From the NCBI GenBank assembly GCA_038087875.1, contig CM075988.1, positions 682,001-746,000 on the forward strand: a DNA stretch of 64,000 nucleotides, read 5' to 3'. The DNA comes from Malacoraja senta (taxonomy: Eukaryota). A program made the translations under genes and the position numbers. The notes under the pieces are model-generated. The model was not told where the DNA came from and ran no database searches. It was given only the letters and a program-made list of their open reading frames with translations. Of the stretch, positions 13,061 to 25,479 are shown piece after piece; within the stretch, counting starts at the first letter, position 1, and each line of letters starts with the position of its first letter.

Positions 13061-16000
13061 TAGAAACATAGAAACATAGAAAATAGGTGCAGGAGTAGGC
13101 CATTCGGCTCTTCGAGCCTGCAACGCCATTCAATATGATCATGGCTGATCATTTAAGTGACTTTGAGTCCTGAAAAGCGCTATATAAATAAAATCTATTA
13201 TTATTATTATTATCCAACTCGGTATCCTGTACCTGCCTTCTCTCCATACCCCCTGATCCCTTTAGCCACAAGGGCCACATCTAACTCCCTCTTAAATATA
13301 GCCAATGAACTGGCCTCAACTACCTTCTGTGCCAGAGAATTCCACAGATTCACCACTGTCTGTGTAAAAAATGATTTACTCATCTCGGTCCTAAAAGACT
13401 TCCCCGTTATCGTTAAACTGTTACCCCTTGTTCTGGACTTCCCCAACATCGGGAACAATCTTCCTGCATCTAGCCTGTCCAACCCCTTAAGAATGTTGTA
13501 AGTTTCTATAAGATCCCCCCTCAATCTTCTAAATTCTAGCGAGTACAATCCAATCTTTCTTCATATGAAAGTCCTGCCATCCCAGGAATCAGTCTGGTGA
13601 ACCTTCTCTGTACTTCCTCTATGGCAAGAATGTCTTTCCTCAGATTAGGAGACCAAAACTATGCAATACTCCAGGTGTGGTCTCACCAAGACCCTGTACA
13701 ACAGCAGTAGAACCTCCCTGCTCTTATACTCAAATCCTTTTGCTATGAATGCTAACATACCATTCTCTTTCTTCACTGCCTGCTGCACCTGCATGCCTAC
13801 TTTCAATGACTGGTGTACCATGACACCCAGGTCTCGTTGCATCTCCCCTTTTCCTAATCGGCCACCATTCAGATAATAGTCTACTTTCCTGGTTTTGCCA
13901 CCAAAGTGGATAACCTCACATTTATCCACATTATACTGCATCTGCCATGCATTTGCCCACTCACCCAACCTATCCAAGTCACCTTGCAGCCTCCTAGCAT
14001 CCTCCTCACAGCTAACACTGCCCCCTAGCTTTGTGTCATCCGCAAACTTGGAGATGTTGCATTCAATTCCCTCATCCAGATCATTAATATATATTGTAAA
14101 TAACTGGGGTCCCAGCACTGAGCCTTGCGGTACCCCACTAGTCACTGCCTGCCATTCTGAAAAGGACCCGTTTACTCCTACTCTTTGCTTCCTGTCTGCC
14201 AGCCAGTTCTCTATCCACATCAATACTGAACCTCCAATACCGTGTGCTTTAAGTTTGCATACTAATCTCTTATGTGGGACCTTGTCGAAAGCCTTCTGAA
14301 AGTTCAGGTATAACACATCATCTGGTTCTCCCTTATCCGCTCTACCAGTTACATCCTCGAAAAATTCTATAAGATTCGTCAGACATGATTTACCTTTCAT
14401 AAATCCATGCTGAATTTGTCCAATCAATTCACCACTTTCCAAATGTGCTGCTATCCCATCTTTAATAACTGACTCTAGCATTTTCCCCACTACCGATGTT
14501 AGACTAACTGGTCTGTAATTCCACGTTTTCTCTCTCCCTCCCTTTTTAAAAAGTGGGGTTACATTAGGTACCCTCCAATCCTCAGGAACTACTCCAGAAT
14601 CTAAAGAGTTTTGAAAAATTATCACTAATGCATCCACTATTTCTGGGGCTACTTCCTTAAGTACTCTGGGATGCAACTTAGCTGGCCCTGGGGATTTATC
14701 GGCCTTTAATCCATTCAATTTACCTAACACCACTTCCCGGCTAACCTGGATTTCATTCAGTTCCTCCATCTCATTTGACCCCCGGTCCCCTGCTATTTCC
14801 GGCAGATTAATTAAGTCTTCCTTAGTGAAGACAGAACCAAAGTAGTTATTCAATTGGTCTGCCATGTCCTTGTTCCCCATGATCAATTCACCTGTTTCTG
14901 ACTGCAAGGGACCTACATTTGTTTTAACTAATCTTTTTCTCTTCACATATCCATAAAAACTTTTGCAGTTAGTTTTTATGTTCCCTGCCAGTTTTCTTTC
15001 ATAATCTATTTTCCCTTTCCTAATTAAGCCCTTTGTCCTCCACTGCTGGACTCTGAATTCCTCCCAATCCCCTGGTAGGCTGCTTTTTCTGGCTAATTTG
15101 TATGCTTCATCTTTTGTTTTGATACTATCCCTGATTTCCCTTGTTATCCACGGATGCACTACCTTCCCTGATTTATTCTTTTGCCAAACTGGGATGAACA
15201 ATTGTTGTAGTTCATCACTGCAGTCTTTAAATGCCTTCCATTGCATATCCACCGTCAGCCCTTTAAGGATCAATTGCCAGTCTATCTTGGCCAATTCACG
15301 TCTCATACCCCAAAAGTTACCTTTCTTTAAGTTCAGGACCCTTGTTTCTGAATTAACAATGTCACTCTCCATCCTAATGAAGAACTCAACCATATTATGG
15401 TCACTCTTTCCCAAGGGGCCATGCACAACAAGACTGCTAACTAACCCTTCCTCATTACTCAATACCCAGTCTAGAATAGCCTGCTCTCTCGTTGGTTCCT
15501 CTACATGTTGGTTTAGAAAACTGTCCAGCATACATTCCAAGAAATCCTCTTCCTCAGCACCCCTGCCAATTTGATTCACCCAATCTATATGTAGATTGAA
15601 GTCACCCATTATAACTGTTTTACCTTTGTTGCACGCATTTCTAATTTCCTTTGATGCCATCCCCAACTCCACTACTACTGTTAGGTGGCCTGTACACAAC
15701 TCCCACTAACGTTTTCTGTCCCTTAGTGTTTCGCAGCTCTACCCATATCGATTCCACATCCTCCAAGCTAATGTCCTTCCTTTCTATTGCGTTAATCTCC
15801 TCTCTAACCAGCAATGCTACCCCACCTCCTTTTCCTTTCTGTCTATCCCTCCTGAATATTGAATATCCCTGGATGTTCAGCTCCCAGCCTTGGTCACCCT
15901 GGAGCCATGTCTCCGTGATCCCAACTATATCATATTCATTAATAACTATCTGCATATTCAACTCATCCACCTTATTACAAATGCTCCTTGCATTGAGACA

Positions 16001-16170
16001 CATAGCCTTCAGGCTTGTTTTTACAACACTCTTACCCCTTATACAATTATGTTGAAAAGTGGTCCTTTTTGATTTTTGCCCTGGATTTGTCTGACTGCCA
16101 CTTTTACTTTTCACCTTGCTACCTATTGCTTCTACCCTCATTTTACATCCCTCTGTCTCTCTGCTCTTGT
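13061..16170 (-). mobile_element. CR1 LINE, nearly complete ORF2 (APE endonuclease and RT), frameshifted
   Basis: ORFs 15641-16192 (CLNARSI, ITETW), 13645-15699 (GDFN, SDH, RT with FADD) and 13210-13548; (CATAGAAA)n tail at 13061-13082. Confidence 0.95.
13153..13213 (+). mobile_element. L2-clade LINE 3' tail inserted in the CR1 3' UTR
   Basis: gtgactttgagtcctgaaaagcgctatataaataaaatc(tat)n interrupts the CR1 sequence gatcat|ccaactc. Confidence 0.7.
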
Positions 16171-16725
16171 ACTTTTCTTTTTCCTCTTTCAATTGATTTC
16201 AAGACGCTGAAAAGCCTGAAGCAGGTGAATCACCTCAAGAGGGAGTTCCCGAAGTGAAGCAGATGAGCCGGCCCCAAAGGGACTGCTTTGATCCATGACG
16301 AGTGATGGTCAACAAACAGCAACTGTCGAAAATTGTAGGTGGTGAATTGGACATTGACTGGGGTGATCTACCTCCAGCCCCAAGCACCTTGCTAGAATTA
16401 ACATACTGTTCATGCAAGAAAACAAGCTGTGAGAAGTCAAGTGCAGGGAAAAGAAGATGCTCATGTCAACAGCATGGTGTGCCATGTGCTGATTTATGTA
16501 AGTGTGTTGGATGCAGAAACTCTATTACTGCAAAAGACTTGGAATCTGCTGAAGAATATTCAGATGAAGATTTGATGTAATTTATACAAATAAATTGGGG
16601 AAATAAATGATTAGATAAAGTTTTATTTTAATGTCGAGCGTTTCACTGTTTATTTGGTCAAATTATTTAAACAATGAGTGAATTACTTATGATAATGGCG
16701 TGCTGGTGAATGACAGTGCGACAGT

Positions 16726-17215
16726 CCACCCACCCATCCACACATACATACATACATACACACATCCACACACATACATGCACACATACATGCACACATA
16801 CATCCACACAAATACATCCCCACACACCCACACACACCCATCCACACACCCATCCACACACCCATCCACACACACATCCTCACACACACATCCTCACACA
16901 CACATCCATCCACACACACATCCATCCACACATACATCCATCCACACATCCATCCACATGCATACATCCACCCACACACACATCCACCCACACACACACA
17001 CATCCACACATCCATCCACATCCACACATCCACATCCACACACACACATCCACACACACACACACGTACATCCACAGATCCACATCCACATCCACACACA
17101 TACACATACATACACACATCCATTCACACACATCCATCCACACATACATACAGACTTACATCCACACATCTACAGATACACGTTTGACAGGTATACACAG
17201 ACACACACACACAAA
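16726..17215. repeat. Compound (CA)/(CATC) microsatellite
   Basis: Directly visible; source of the spurious HT- and CV-rich ORFs. Confidence 0.95.
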
Positions 17216-17387
17216 CTACAGGTACTTAATGCAACACTTTTGGGGTTCTTTTAGGTTAATGGTAATAGCCCTCATTTGCATTGGCAGCATGGGGGGGGGG
17301 GGTCTCTAACATAAATATAGGCTCATTGTAACTTAAAATGAATACTCATCGAGTAAACATCAGAGAATTCGATTCTTGGCCTTTCTT

Positions 17388-19509
17388 GCGAGAGGATTTA
17401 AAAGGAGTGAATTGGGACATTTTGTTTTATGGGAAGGATGTCGAAGAGAAATGGAGGACATTTAAAGGTGAAATTTTAAGAGTACAGAATCTTTATGTCC
17501 CTGTTCGGTTGAAAGGAAAGAGTAATAATTGGAAAGAGCCATGGTTTTCAAGGGAAATTGGACACGGTTCAGAAAAAGAGAGAGATTACAATAATTATAG
17601 GCAGCATGGAGTAAATGAGATGCTTGAGGAGTATAAAGAATGTAAAAAGAATCTTGAGAAAGAAATTAGAAAAGCTAAAAGAAGATGTGAGGTTGCTTTG
17701 GCAAGTAAGGTGAAAGTAAATCCAAAGGGTTTCTACAGCTATATTAATAGCAAAAGGATAATGAGGGATAAAATTGGTCCATTAGAGAGTCAGAGTGAAC
17801 AGCTATCCACAGAGCCAAAAGAGATAGGGGAAATATTGAACTATTTCTTTTCTTCGGTATTCACCAAGGAGAAGGATATGGAATAATGTGAGGTAAGGGA
17901 AACAAGTAGAGTAGCTATGGAAACTATGAGGATCAAAGAAGAGGAAGTACTGACACTTTTGAAAAATATAAAAGTGGATAAGTCTCCAGGTCCTGACAGG
18001 ATATTCCCTAGGACATTGAGGGAAGTTAGTGTAGTGTAGAATGGTGCCAGAGGATTGTCGTACTGTGCATGTTGTTCCATTGTTTAAAAAGGGTTCTAAG
18101 AGTAAACCTAGCAATTATAGACCTGTTAGTTTGACGTCAGTGGTGGGCAAATTAATGGAAAGGATACTTGGAGATAATATATATAAGCATCTGGATAAAC
18201 AGGGTCTGATTAGGAACAGTCAATATGGATTTGTGCCTGGAAGGTCATGTTTGACTAATCTTCTTGAATTTTTTGAAGAGGTTACTAGGGAAATTGATGA
18301 GGGTAAAGCGGTGGATGTTGTCTATATGGACTTCAGTAAGGCCTTTGACAAGGTTCCACATGGAAGGTTGGTTAAGAAGGTTCAATTGTTGGGTATTAAT
18401 AGTGGAGTAGCAAGAAGGTTTCAACAGTGGCTGAATGGGAGATACCAGAGAGTAATGGTGGATAATTGTTTGTCAGGTTGGAGGCCGGTGACTAGTGGGG
18501 TGCCTCAGGGATCTGTGTTGGGTCCACTGTTGTTTGTCATATACATCAATGATCTGGATGATGGTGTGGTAAATTGGATTAGTAAGTATGCAGATGATAC
18601 TCAGATAGGTGGTGTTGTGGATAATGAAGTCGATTTTCAAAGTCTACAGAGAGATTTAGGCCATTTGGAAGAGTGGGCTGAAAGATGGCAGATGGAGTTT
18701 AATGCTGATAAGTGTGAGGTGCTACATCTTGGCAGGACAAATCAAAATAGGACGTACATGGTAAATGGTAGCGAATTGAGGAATGCAGCTGAACAGAGGG
18801 ATCTAGGAATAACTGTGCATAGTTCCCTGAAGGTGGAATCTCATGTAGATAGGGTGGTAAAGAAAGCTTTTGGTGTGCTGGCCTTTATAAATCGGAGCAT
18901 TGAGTATAGAAGTTGGGATGTAATGTTAAAATTGTACAAGGCATTGGTGAGGCCAATTCAGGAGTATGGTGTACAATTTTGGTCGCCCAATTATAGGAAA
19001 GTTGTCAACAAAATAGAGAGAGTACAGAGGAGATTTAGTAGAATGTTGCCTGTGTTTCAGCACCTAAGTTACAGAGAAAGCTTGAACAAGTTAGGTCTTT
19101 ATTCTTTGGAGCGCAGATGGTTAAGGGGGGACTTGATAGAGGTCTTTAAAATGATGAGAGGGATAGACAGAGTTGACGTGGATAAGCTTTTTCCATTGAG
19201 AGTAGGGAAGATTCAAACAAGAGGACATGACTTGAGAATTAAGGGACAGAAGTTTAGGGGTAACATGAGGGGGAACTTTTTTACTCAGAGAGTGGTAGCT
19301 GTGTGGAATGAGCTTCCAGTGGAAGTGGTGGAGGCAGGTTCGATTTTATCATTTAAAAATAAATTGGATAGGTATATGGACGGGAAAGGAATGGAGGGTT
19401 ATGGTCTGAGTGCAGGTAGATGGGACTAGGGGAGAGTAAGTGTTTGGCATGGACTAGAAGGGCCGAGATGGCCTGTTTCCGTGCTGTAATTGTTATATGG
19501 TTATATGGT
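17388..19509 (+). mobile_element. 5'-truncated CR1 LINE, (TTATATGG)n-tailed family
   Basis: ORFs 17338-17886 and 18041-19429 (RT with YADD); near-identical to the copies at 40590-42062 and 60293-64000; tail gtaattgttatatggttatatggt. Confidence 0.95.
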
Positions 19510-20556
19510 CAGGATGTGACATTTACATCAGAAATAAGACATTTTACTCTTACAGGTCTGTCCCCCAGCCTGGCACTGCCCCAGCCCCACTATGGCCATG
19601 ACCCCCACTCTGCACACTGGCAGTCAGTGGGGTTCAGTAAACGGGGGAACCCACAGGATCTGTCCTGACCCTTTAATTAGGCTGGTTCATGAGCCCTTAA
19701 AACTCGGGACCTCTGCGGCACTCTCATTCATTTTCTTATTAAAGCGACTGGAAGATGCCTTGCAGGTCTGTCCACCAGCCTGGCACTGCCCCAGTCCCAC
19801 TATGGCCGTGACCCCCACTGCACACTGGCAGTCAGTGGGGTTCAGTAAACGGGGGAACCAGAGGAACTGCCCTCACCCATTAATTAGACTGGTTTAGGAG
19901 CCAGACCACTGCGGCAGTTTCATTCAAAATACACACTCACAATTATATTCATTATATGATTTTTATATAATATAATTATACATAATTATATATGATTACA
20001 GTCATATTCACAACTCATATATATATATATATATATAGGAATAATAATATATGGTCCAAATAGACTGCAACACGGAAATAGGCTCCCCTTGGTGTAATAT
20101 GGGCATTGGACACTAGATGGCGCTTACTTTTCCGATCTCATTTTCTAATTAGTTTAATTAATTAATGTGCATCTTTTGGCACTGACGAGTTATGACTTCC
20201 TTCTCAATTATATTTCATCTAAATCTGTGCAAAATTTCATGTAGTTCTGAGACGTGGGTCATGAAAATTGATTTCTAGGCACATTTATGATGCTCGGCCC
20301 ACAGCCTAAGAAGGAAATGTAGGAGGGTTCAGGGGAGATGAGTGTAGAAGGAAGGGGAAGGAGCATTGTGACTGGAGTGTGGGAGATGGTGGGAGAAATG
20401 TCTGCACACTGGGGTGGGGGCACGGGAAATGAAGGGTGGTTGGGCTACTCAAATTCCATGACTTGAAATGGAAGAATTCAATGTTCCTACTATTGGGTGG
20501 TGGACCACTGAAATTAAATATGAGGAGCAGCAAGAGCTTCTGAAGCTTCTTGTGTC

Positions 20557-21135
20557 TCTATAGAAGTTGTGACCTTATGTTACAGTTATACAAGGTTCTG
20601 GTGAGGATGCACTTGGAATATTGTGTTCATGTTTGGACACCCTGATATAGTCAAAATGCTGTTAGGCTGGAAAGAGTGCAGAGATTTATGAGATGCTGCC
20701 TGGTTCCCAAGGGCCTGAGGTCCATAGAAAGGTTAGGCAGGCTTAGACTTTATTCCTTGCAGCGCAGGAGCCTGAGGGGGTGATCTTATAGATGTCTATA
20801 AAATCATGAGGGGAATAGATTGGCTAGATGCACAATATTTTACCCAGGGTCGGAGAAAAGAACCTGAGGATGTAGGTTTAAGGTGAGAGGGGAAAGATTT
20901 AATAGGAAACAGAAGAACAACTTTTTCACACAGAGGGCAGTGAGTATATGGAACACACTGCTAAAGGAGGTACTGAAGGCAAGTACAATATTTAAAAGAC
21001 ACTTGGACAGGTACAAAGATAAGAACGGGTCAGAGGGATCTGAGCCAAACACAGCAGCTGAGATGAAGCAGCTTTTTCAGCATGGACTGAAAGTTGGGCT
21101 GAAGGGTCTGTTTCCCTTCTGTCCAACCCTATGAC
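20557..21135 (+). mobile_element. Degraded CR1 3' portion
   Basis: Remnants of FFTQRAVSIWN, FKRHLDRY and a CR1 3' UTR. Confidence 0.75.
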
Positions 21136-21339
21136 TCAAAAAAGGAAGTGTTGTCAAGATCGCAGTGGGTGTCTGTGGGCTCATGGTGATACTGGTCATG
21201 AACCTACCCCATGAGGTAGGGACACAGAGGTAGACAAAGGGAAGGAAATAGCTGAAGGTAAACCAAGGGGTAAACCAGTGAGGGGAGGATGAGACCAATG
21301 CTGCTTCTCCTTTCTTTCGGTAGTTCAGTTACATAAACG

Positions 21340-21650
21340 TTGTTTAGTTTAGTTTTAGAGATACAGCGCGGAAACAGGCCCCCTTCGGCCCACTGAGTCT
21401 ACACCAACCAGCAATCCCTGCACACTAACACTATCCTACACACACTGGGGACAATTTATAATTTTACCAAACCAATTTACCCACAAACCTGTACATCTTT
21501 GGAGTAAGGCAAGAAACTGCAGCACCCGGAAAAAACCCAGGCGATCAAGGGGAGAACGTACAAATGTACAGACAACACCGCAGTCAGATTTGAACCCGGA
21601 TCTCTGGCGCTGTAAGGTTGCAACTCTACTGCTCTGCCACTGTGCCACTT
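21340..21650 (-). mobile_element. tRNA-derived V-SINE (HE1-like)
   Basis: Minus strand gtggcacagtggcagagc...gggttcaaatc (A/B boxes), V-domain-like core, CR1-derived tail ending in ctaaa repeats. Confidence 0.8.
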
Positions 21651-21700
21651 TGCACCGTTCATCTTTATATCTTTCAAGAACCCACCAATTGAATTCCTAG

Positions 21701-23179
21701 GTACACAAAAATGCTGGAGAAACTCAGCGGGTGCAGCAGCATCTATGGAGCGAAGGAAATAGGTAACGTTTCGGGCCGAAACCCTTCTTCAGACTGATAG
21801 GGGGTGGGGAGAAGAAAGGAAAAAAGGAAAAAGGCAGAGGAGGAGCCTGAGGGCTGGGGGAGGGGAGGAGACAACCAGATGGCTGATGAAGGGGAGGGGA
21901 CAGCAAGGGCTAGCAGAATTGGGAGAATTCAATGTTCAGGCCACCAGGATGTAGACTGCCCAAGCGGAATATGAGGTGCATTTCCTCCAATTTACGGTGT
22001 TGCTCGCTGTGGCCATGGAGGAGACCCAGGACAGAGAGATCAGATACAGAATGGGAGGGGGAGTTGAAGTGCTGAGCCACTGGGAGTTCAGGTTGGTTAT
22101 TGCGGACCGACCGGAGGTGTTCGGCGAAACGATCGCCAAGCCTCCGCTTGGTCTCACCGATGTAGATCAGCTGGCATCTAGAGCAGCGAATGCAATAGAT
22201 GAGGTTGGAGGAGATGCAGGTGAACCTCTGTCGCACCTGGAACGACTGCTTGGGTCCTTGAATGGAGTGGAGGGGGGAGGTGAAGGGACAAGTGTTGCAT
22301 CTCTTGCGGTTGCAAGGGAAAGTACCAGGGGATGGGGTGGTATCGGAGGGAAGAGAAGAATTGACAAGGGAGTTACGGAGGGAGCGGTCTTTGCGGAAGG
22401 CAGACATGGGGGGAGATGGGAAGATGTGGCGAGTGGTGGGGTCACGTTGGAGGTGGCGAAACTGACGGAGGATCACTTGTTGTATGTAACGGCTGGTGGG
22501 GTGAAAGGTGAGGACTAGGGGGACTCTGCCTTTGTTGTGAGTGGGGGGATGGGGAGAGAGAGCAGTGTTGCGGGGTATCGCAGAGACCCTGGTGCGAGCC
22601 TCATCTATGGTGGAGGAGGGGAACCCCCGTCCCCTGAAGAATGAGGACATTTCAGATGCCCTGGTGTGGAACGCCTCATCCTGGGAGCAGATGCGGCGTA
22701 GACGGAGGAATTGGGAGTGGGGGATGGAGTCCTTACAGGAAGCAGGGTGGGAAGAAGTGTAGTCCAGATAGCCATGGGAGTCGGTAGGTTTGTAGTGGAT
22801 GTCGGTAAGGAGTCTATCACCTGCGATGGAGATAGTGAGGTCAAGGAATGGTAGGGAAGTGTCGGAAATGGTCCAGGTGTATTTGAGTGCCGGATGGAAG
22901 TTGGTGGTGAAACGGATGAAGTCAGTCAGTTGTGTGTGGGTGCAGGATGTGGCACCAAAACAATCATCGATGTAGCGGAGATAGAGGTCGGGGATGGGGC
23001 CCTGGTACGCATTGAACAAGGATTGTTCTACGTACCCGACAAAGAGGCAGGCGTAGCTGGGGCCCATGCGTGTGCCCATAGCTACGCCTTGTATTTGGAG
23101 GAAATGGGAGGAGTCAAATGAAAAGTTATTAAGTGTAAGTACCAGCTCCGCTAGGCGGAGGAGGGTGTCAGTGGCCGGG
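21701..23179 (-). mobile_element. Young 5'-truncated Penelope-like element (RT C-half and GIY-YIG)
   Basis: Uninterrupted ORF with QIQGVAMGTRMGP, YLRYIDD, the CxxC linker and NLIYCIRCSRC..IYIGET; 14-bp TSD aattgaattcctag (21687-21700, 23180-23193). Confidence 0.95.
21761..21796 (-). ncRNA. Minimal type-I hammerhead ribozyme motif in the PLE 3' terminal repeat
   Basis: cagt CTGAAGA a GGGTT-TC-GGCCC GAAA CGTT acct: conserved core, stem II, palindromic ACGU stem III. PLEs are known to carry such motifs. Confidence 0.75.
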
Positions 23180-23330
23180 AATTGAATTCCTAGTACTGTC
23201 ATTGTGCATCAAAATTGAGGACGGGATTTGTGGGATAATGCGAAATAGGAATGACAACTAAAGTTAAATCTCCGGATCAGAGGATTGCTGAACATATGTC
23301 TCAGGCATCGAGAAACATTATCATACGTAC

Positions 23331-23506
23331 CTGCTTAAGCTTCACCTCGGAGTTAACGGAAATGTTGCACAGACGACAATGGAACATCTTATCCTGTAAT
23401 CCAGTAGCTATCTTCCCCTGTGTGTGGGGATTGGATGGTTGTCTCGGGTAAGCCTTTATTGGACCCAGCCCGTTGTGTGCATCCACCATCGTCTGGTGCT
23501 TGGTGC
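23331..23506 (-). CDS. ZNF385A: ZNF385A-like coding exon 6 (end of finger 2, start of finger 3)
   Basis: Acceptor tgtttccgatccag|, donor CAG|GTACGT, 176 nt, phase 1 to 0. Encodes (G)TKHQTMVDAHNGLGPIKAYPR...QDKMFHCRLCNISVNSEVKLKQ. GLGPIKAYPR and VNSEV are the ZNF385A-type residues. Confidence 0.94.
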
Positions 23507-24709
23507 CTGGATCGGAAACAGACAGGTAAGTGTGGCCTTTCACACCTCCATTCACTGCACACTCAGTATGTGACTGAGGACCACTTCGGCACCAGAAATC
23601 CAACAAGTCTGCCCACTTTTACGGGTGTAGGAGACACAGTTTCATATCTCCCCATGATGGTACTCTGCAGGCAATCAATATTTCTAATAACCAGAAGCAC
23701 TCACACTGGTTTATCGTATTCCAAGTGAACTAAATATTCAATTCACCCTCCGTGTTCTCTCTCCACAGACGCCGCCTGATCTGCTGACCATTTCCAGTAC
23801 TCTCATTTTGGTTTGTTTCACAGCTGCTGACTGTTGAGTATTTCCAGGCTGATCTCACTGGCTGTGAGAGGGCAGCACACCTATTGTCCATCAGTGAGAT
23901 TGGGCAGCAGAGGCTCTGTCCGTAACCGAGAGTGAACACGATGTGTGGTGAAGCTTATGATCAAAGCTGGAGGTCAGGAACCAAAGTGACCAGACCTGGG
24001 GTCAGGAATCAGGGGTTGGGAACGCGATGATGCAGGGGTCAGGCACCATAGTGAGGTGACATGGAGCTACATCCTGGACAGCATAATCAGATCTCTGGAG
24101 GATTTCAGAGCCATGCTGGGACATGATACAAACCTCCAGCAAAGTGGGATCAACACAGCAAGATTTGTGAAGATTGGCTTGAAATGGGGACTTCTGTTAA
24201 CAAAGGGTGTCAGTGGTGATAGGGAGAAGGCAGGAGAATGGGGTTGAGAGGGAAAGATAGATCAGCCATGATTAAATGGCTGTCTAGATTGGCCAAATTC
24301 TGTTCCTAGCCCACAAGCTCGTCACAACCAGTAATGTTGGCAATCGACACCGGGTGTCATGGCAACATCCCTGTGAGGCTGAATCATATCCCAATAAGAA
24401 CACAAAGATGTCCACATCACCTACACCTTAACCAGCACCACTGACCTGCTGCTCTGATCACTGTTATCTCCATCAAGCTGACTCTAAAACATTAGCATCA
24501 TCAGACGGTCAATATCAAAGCTCTTAATGACCAACAAAGACAGCTCTTCTCAGGCAGAAACAAAAACTGAAAATGCTGGAAAAACTCAGCAGGTCAGTTA
24601 GCATCTGGAGAAAGAGAAACAGTCGATGTTTAGGGTCCACGATTCTTCGTCAGAACTGGAAAGAGAGAGAAGCAAGTAGGATTTCAGTGGGCAAGAAGAT
24701 GGGGGAGGG

Positions 24710-25425
24710 AAGGGATGAGAATGTAGCTGGCCTGATGAGCAAGTGTGCAGATGACACCAACACTGGTGATTCAGTGGACAGTGAGGACGTTGTCCCAGGG
24801 TATAACACGATCTAGATCAGTCAGGGAAATGGGCGAGAGAATGGTGGATGGAATTTAACAGACAAGTGTAAAACAGAACTGAACATACACAATGAATGAC
24901 AGGTCCTAGGGAGTGTTGTATTAAGGATGCGGGTAGATGATTCCCTGAAAATGACAATGCTATTATATGGGTGGTGAAGATGGCATTTGGTACAGGAAGG
25001 GTATTGAGTATAAGATATCAGGCACCATGTTACAGCTGTACAAGACATGGTGAGATCACATGGAGTACCATTGCTCGGACATCCACAGGAAGAATGTCAA
25101 TGAGCATGTTAGGGTAGAGTAAAGATTCACCTGGACTGGAAGGCTTGAGTCTTAAGAAAAGACTGGATAGGCAGGGACTTCTTCCCTGGAGCGACTGCAG
25201 TTGAGGGATACCCTTATAGAAGTTTATAAGATTATAAGGGACATAGATAAGATCAATGGTCAGCATTTTCCCCAGGGTAGAGTGTCTAGAGCAAGAGGAC
25301 ATATGTTTAAGATGAGGGGGGAAGATTTAAAAGCGACCCTGGGGTGACATTTCATCAGCCTGAGGGTTGTGTGTATATAGAACAAGCTGTCATCGGGAGC
25401 AGTACAGACAGATACAATGACACAA
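24710..25425 (+). mobile_element. Highly degraded CR1 fragment
   Basis: SKCADDT, W.MEFN and downstream CR1 C-terminal remnants. Confidence 0.65.
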
Positions 25426-25479
25426 TGATGGATCCTCAATGGATTTACAGGTACGGGAGAAACCATTTATTTTATAAAT

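Larger units (their letters stand above)
11784..16580 (+). pseudogene. Academ-type transposase remnant (exons about 11784-11893, 12842-12952, 16204-16580)
   Basis: MAESTS...LFCGIHVVE..|GTAAG; ...PGYHAEYYLHFCNITTINRAIARSRRKK G|GTAAC; ttcaag|AC GCT GAA... with an in-frame TGA near 16296, then the CXC-like C-terminus. No catalytic core is present. Confidence 0.6.
11516..20308 (+). mobile_element. Academ-type DNA transposon, internally deleted, with nested CR1s
   Basis: TIRs TAGGCTATTGGCCGAG / CTCGGCCCACAGCCTA (14/16); flanks aca / aga; contains spliced transposase remnants ending in a W..LPPAP.LLEL..CSCK..C..RC.C...C.DLCKC..C.N Cys-rich tail. The purine-rich host sequence resumes on the far side. 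Confidence 0.75.

Noticed and set aside
16302..16580. Host tesmin/TSO1 (CXC) or metallothionein-like gene
   Set aside because: It lies between TIRs, follows an in-frame stop and fits a transposase C-terminus better.
16667..17309. HT- and CVW-rich ORFs
   Set aside because: Translations of a CA-type microsatellite.
21340..21650. tRNA gene
   Set aside because: The A/B boxes belong to a SINE head; there is no cloverleaf and it continues into the V-domain and LINE tail.
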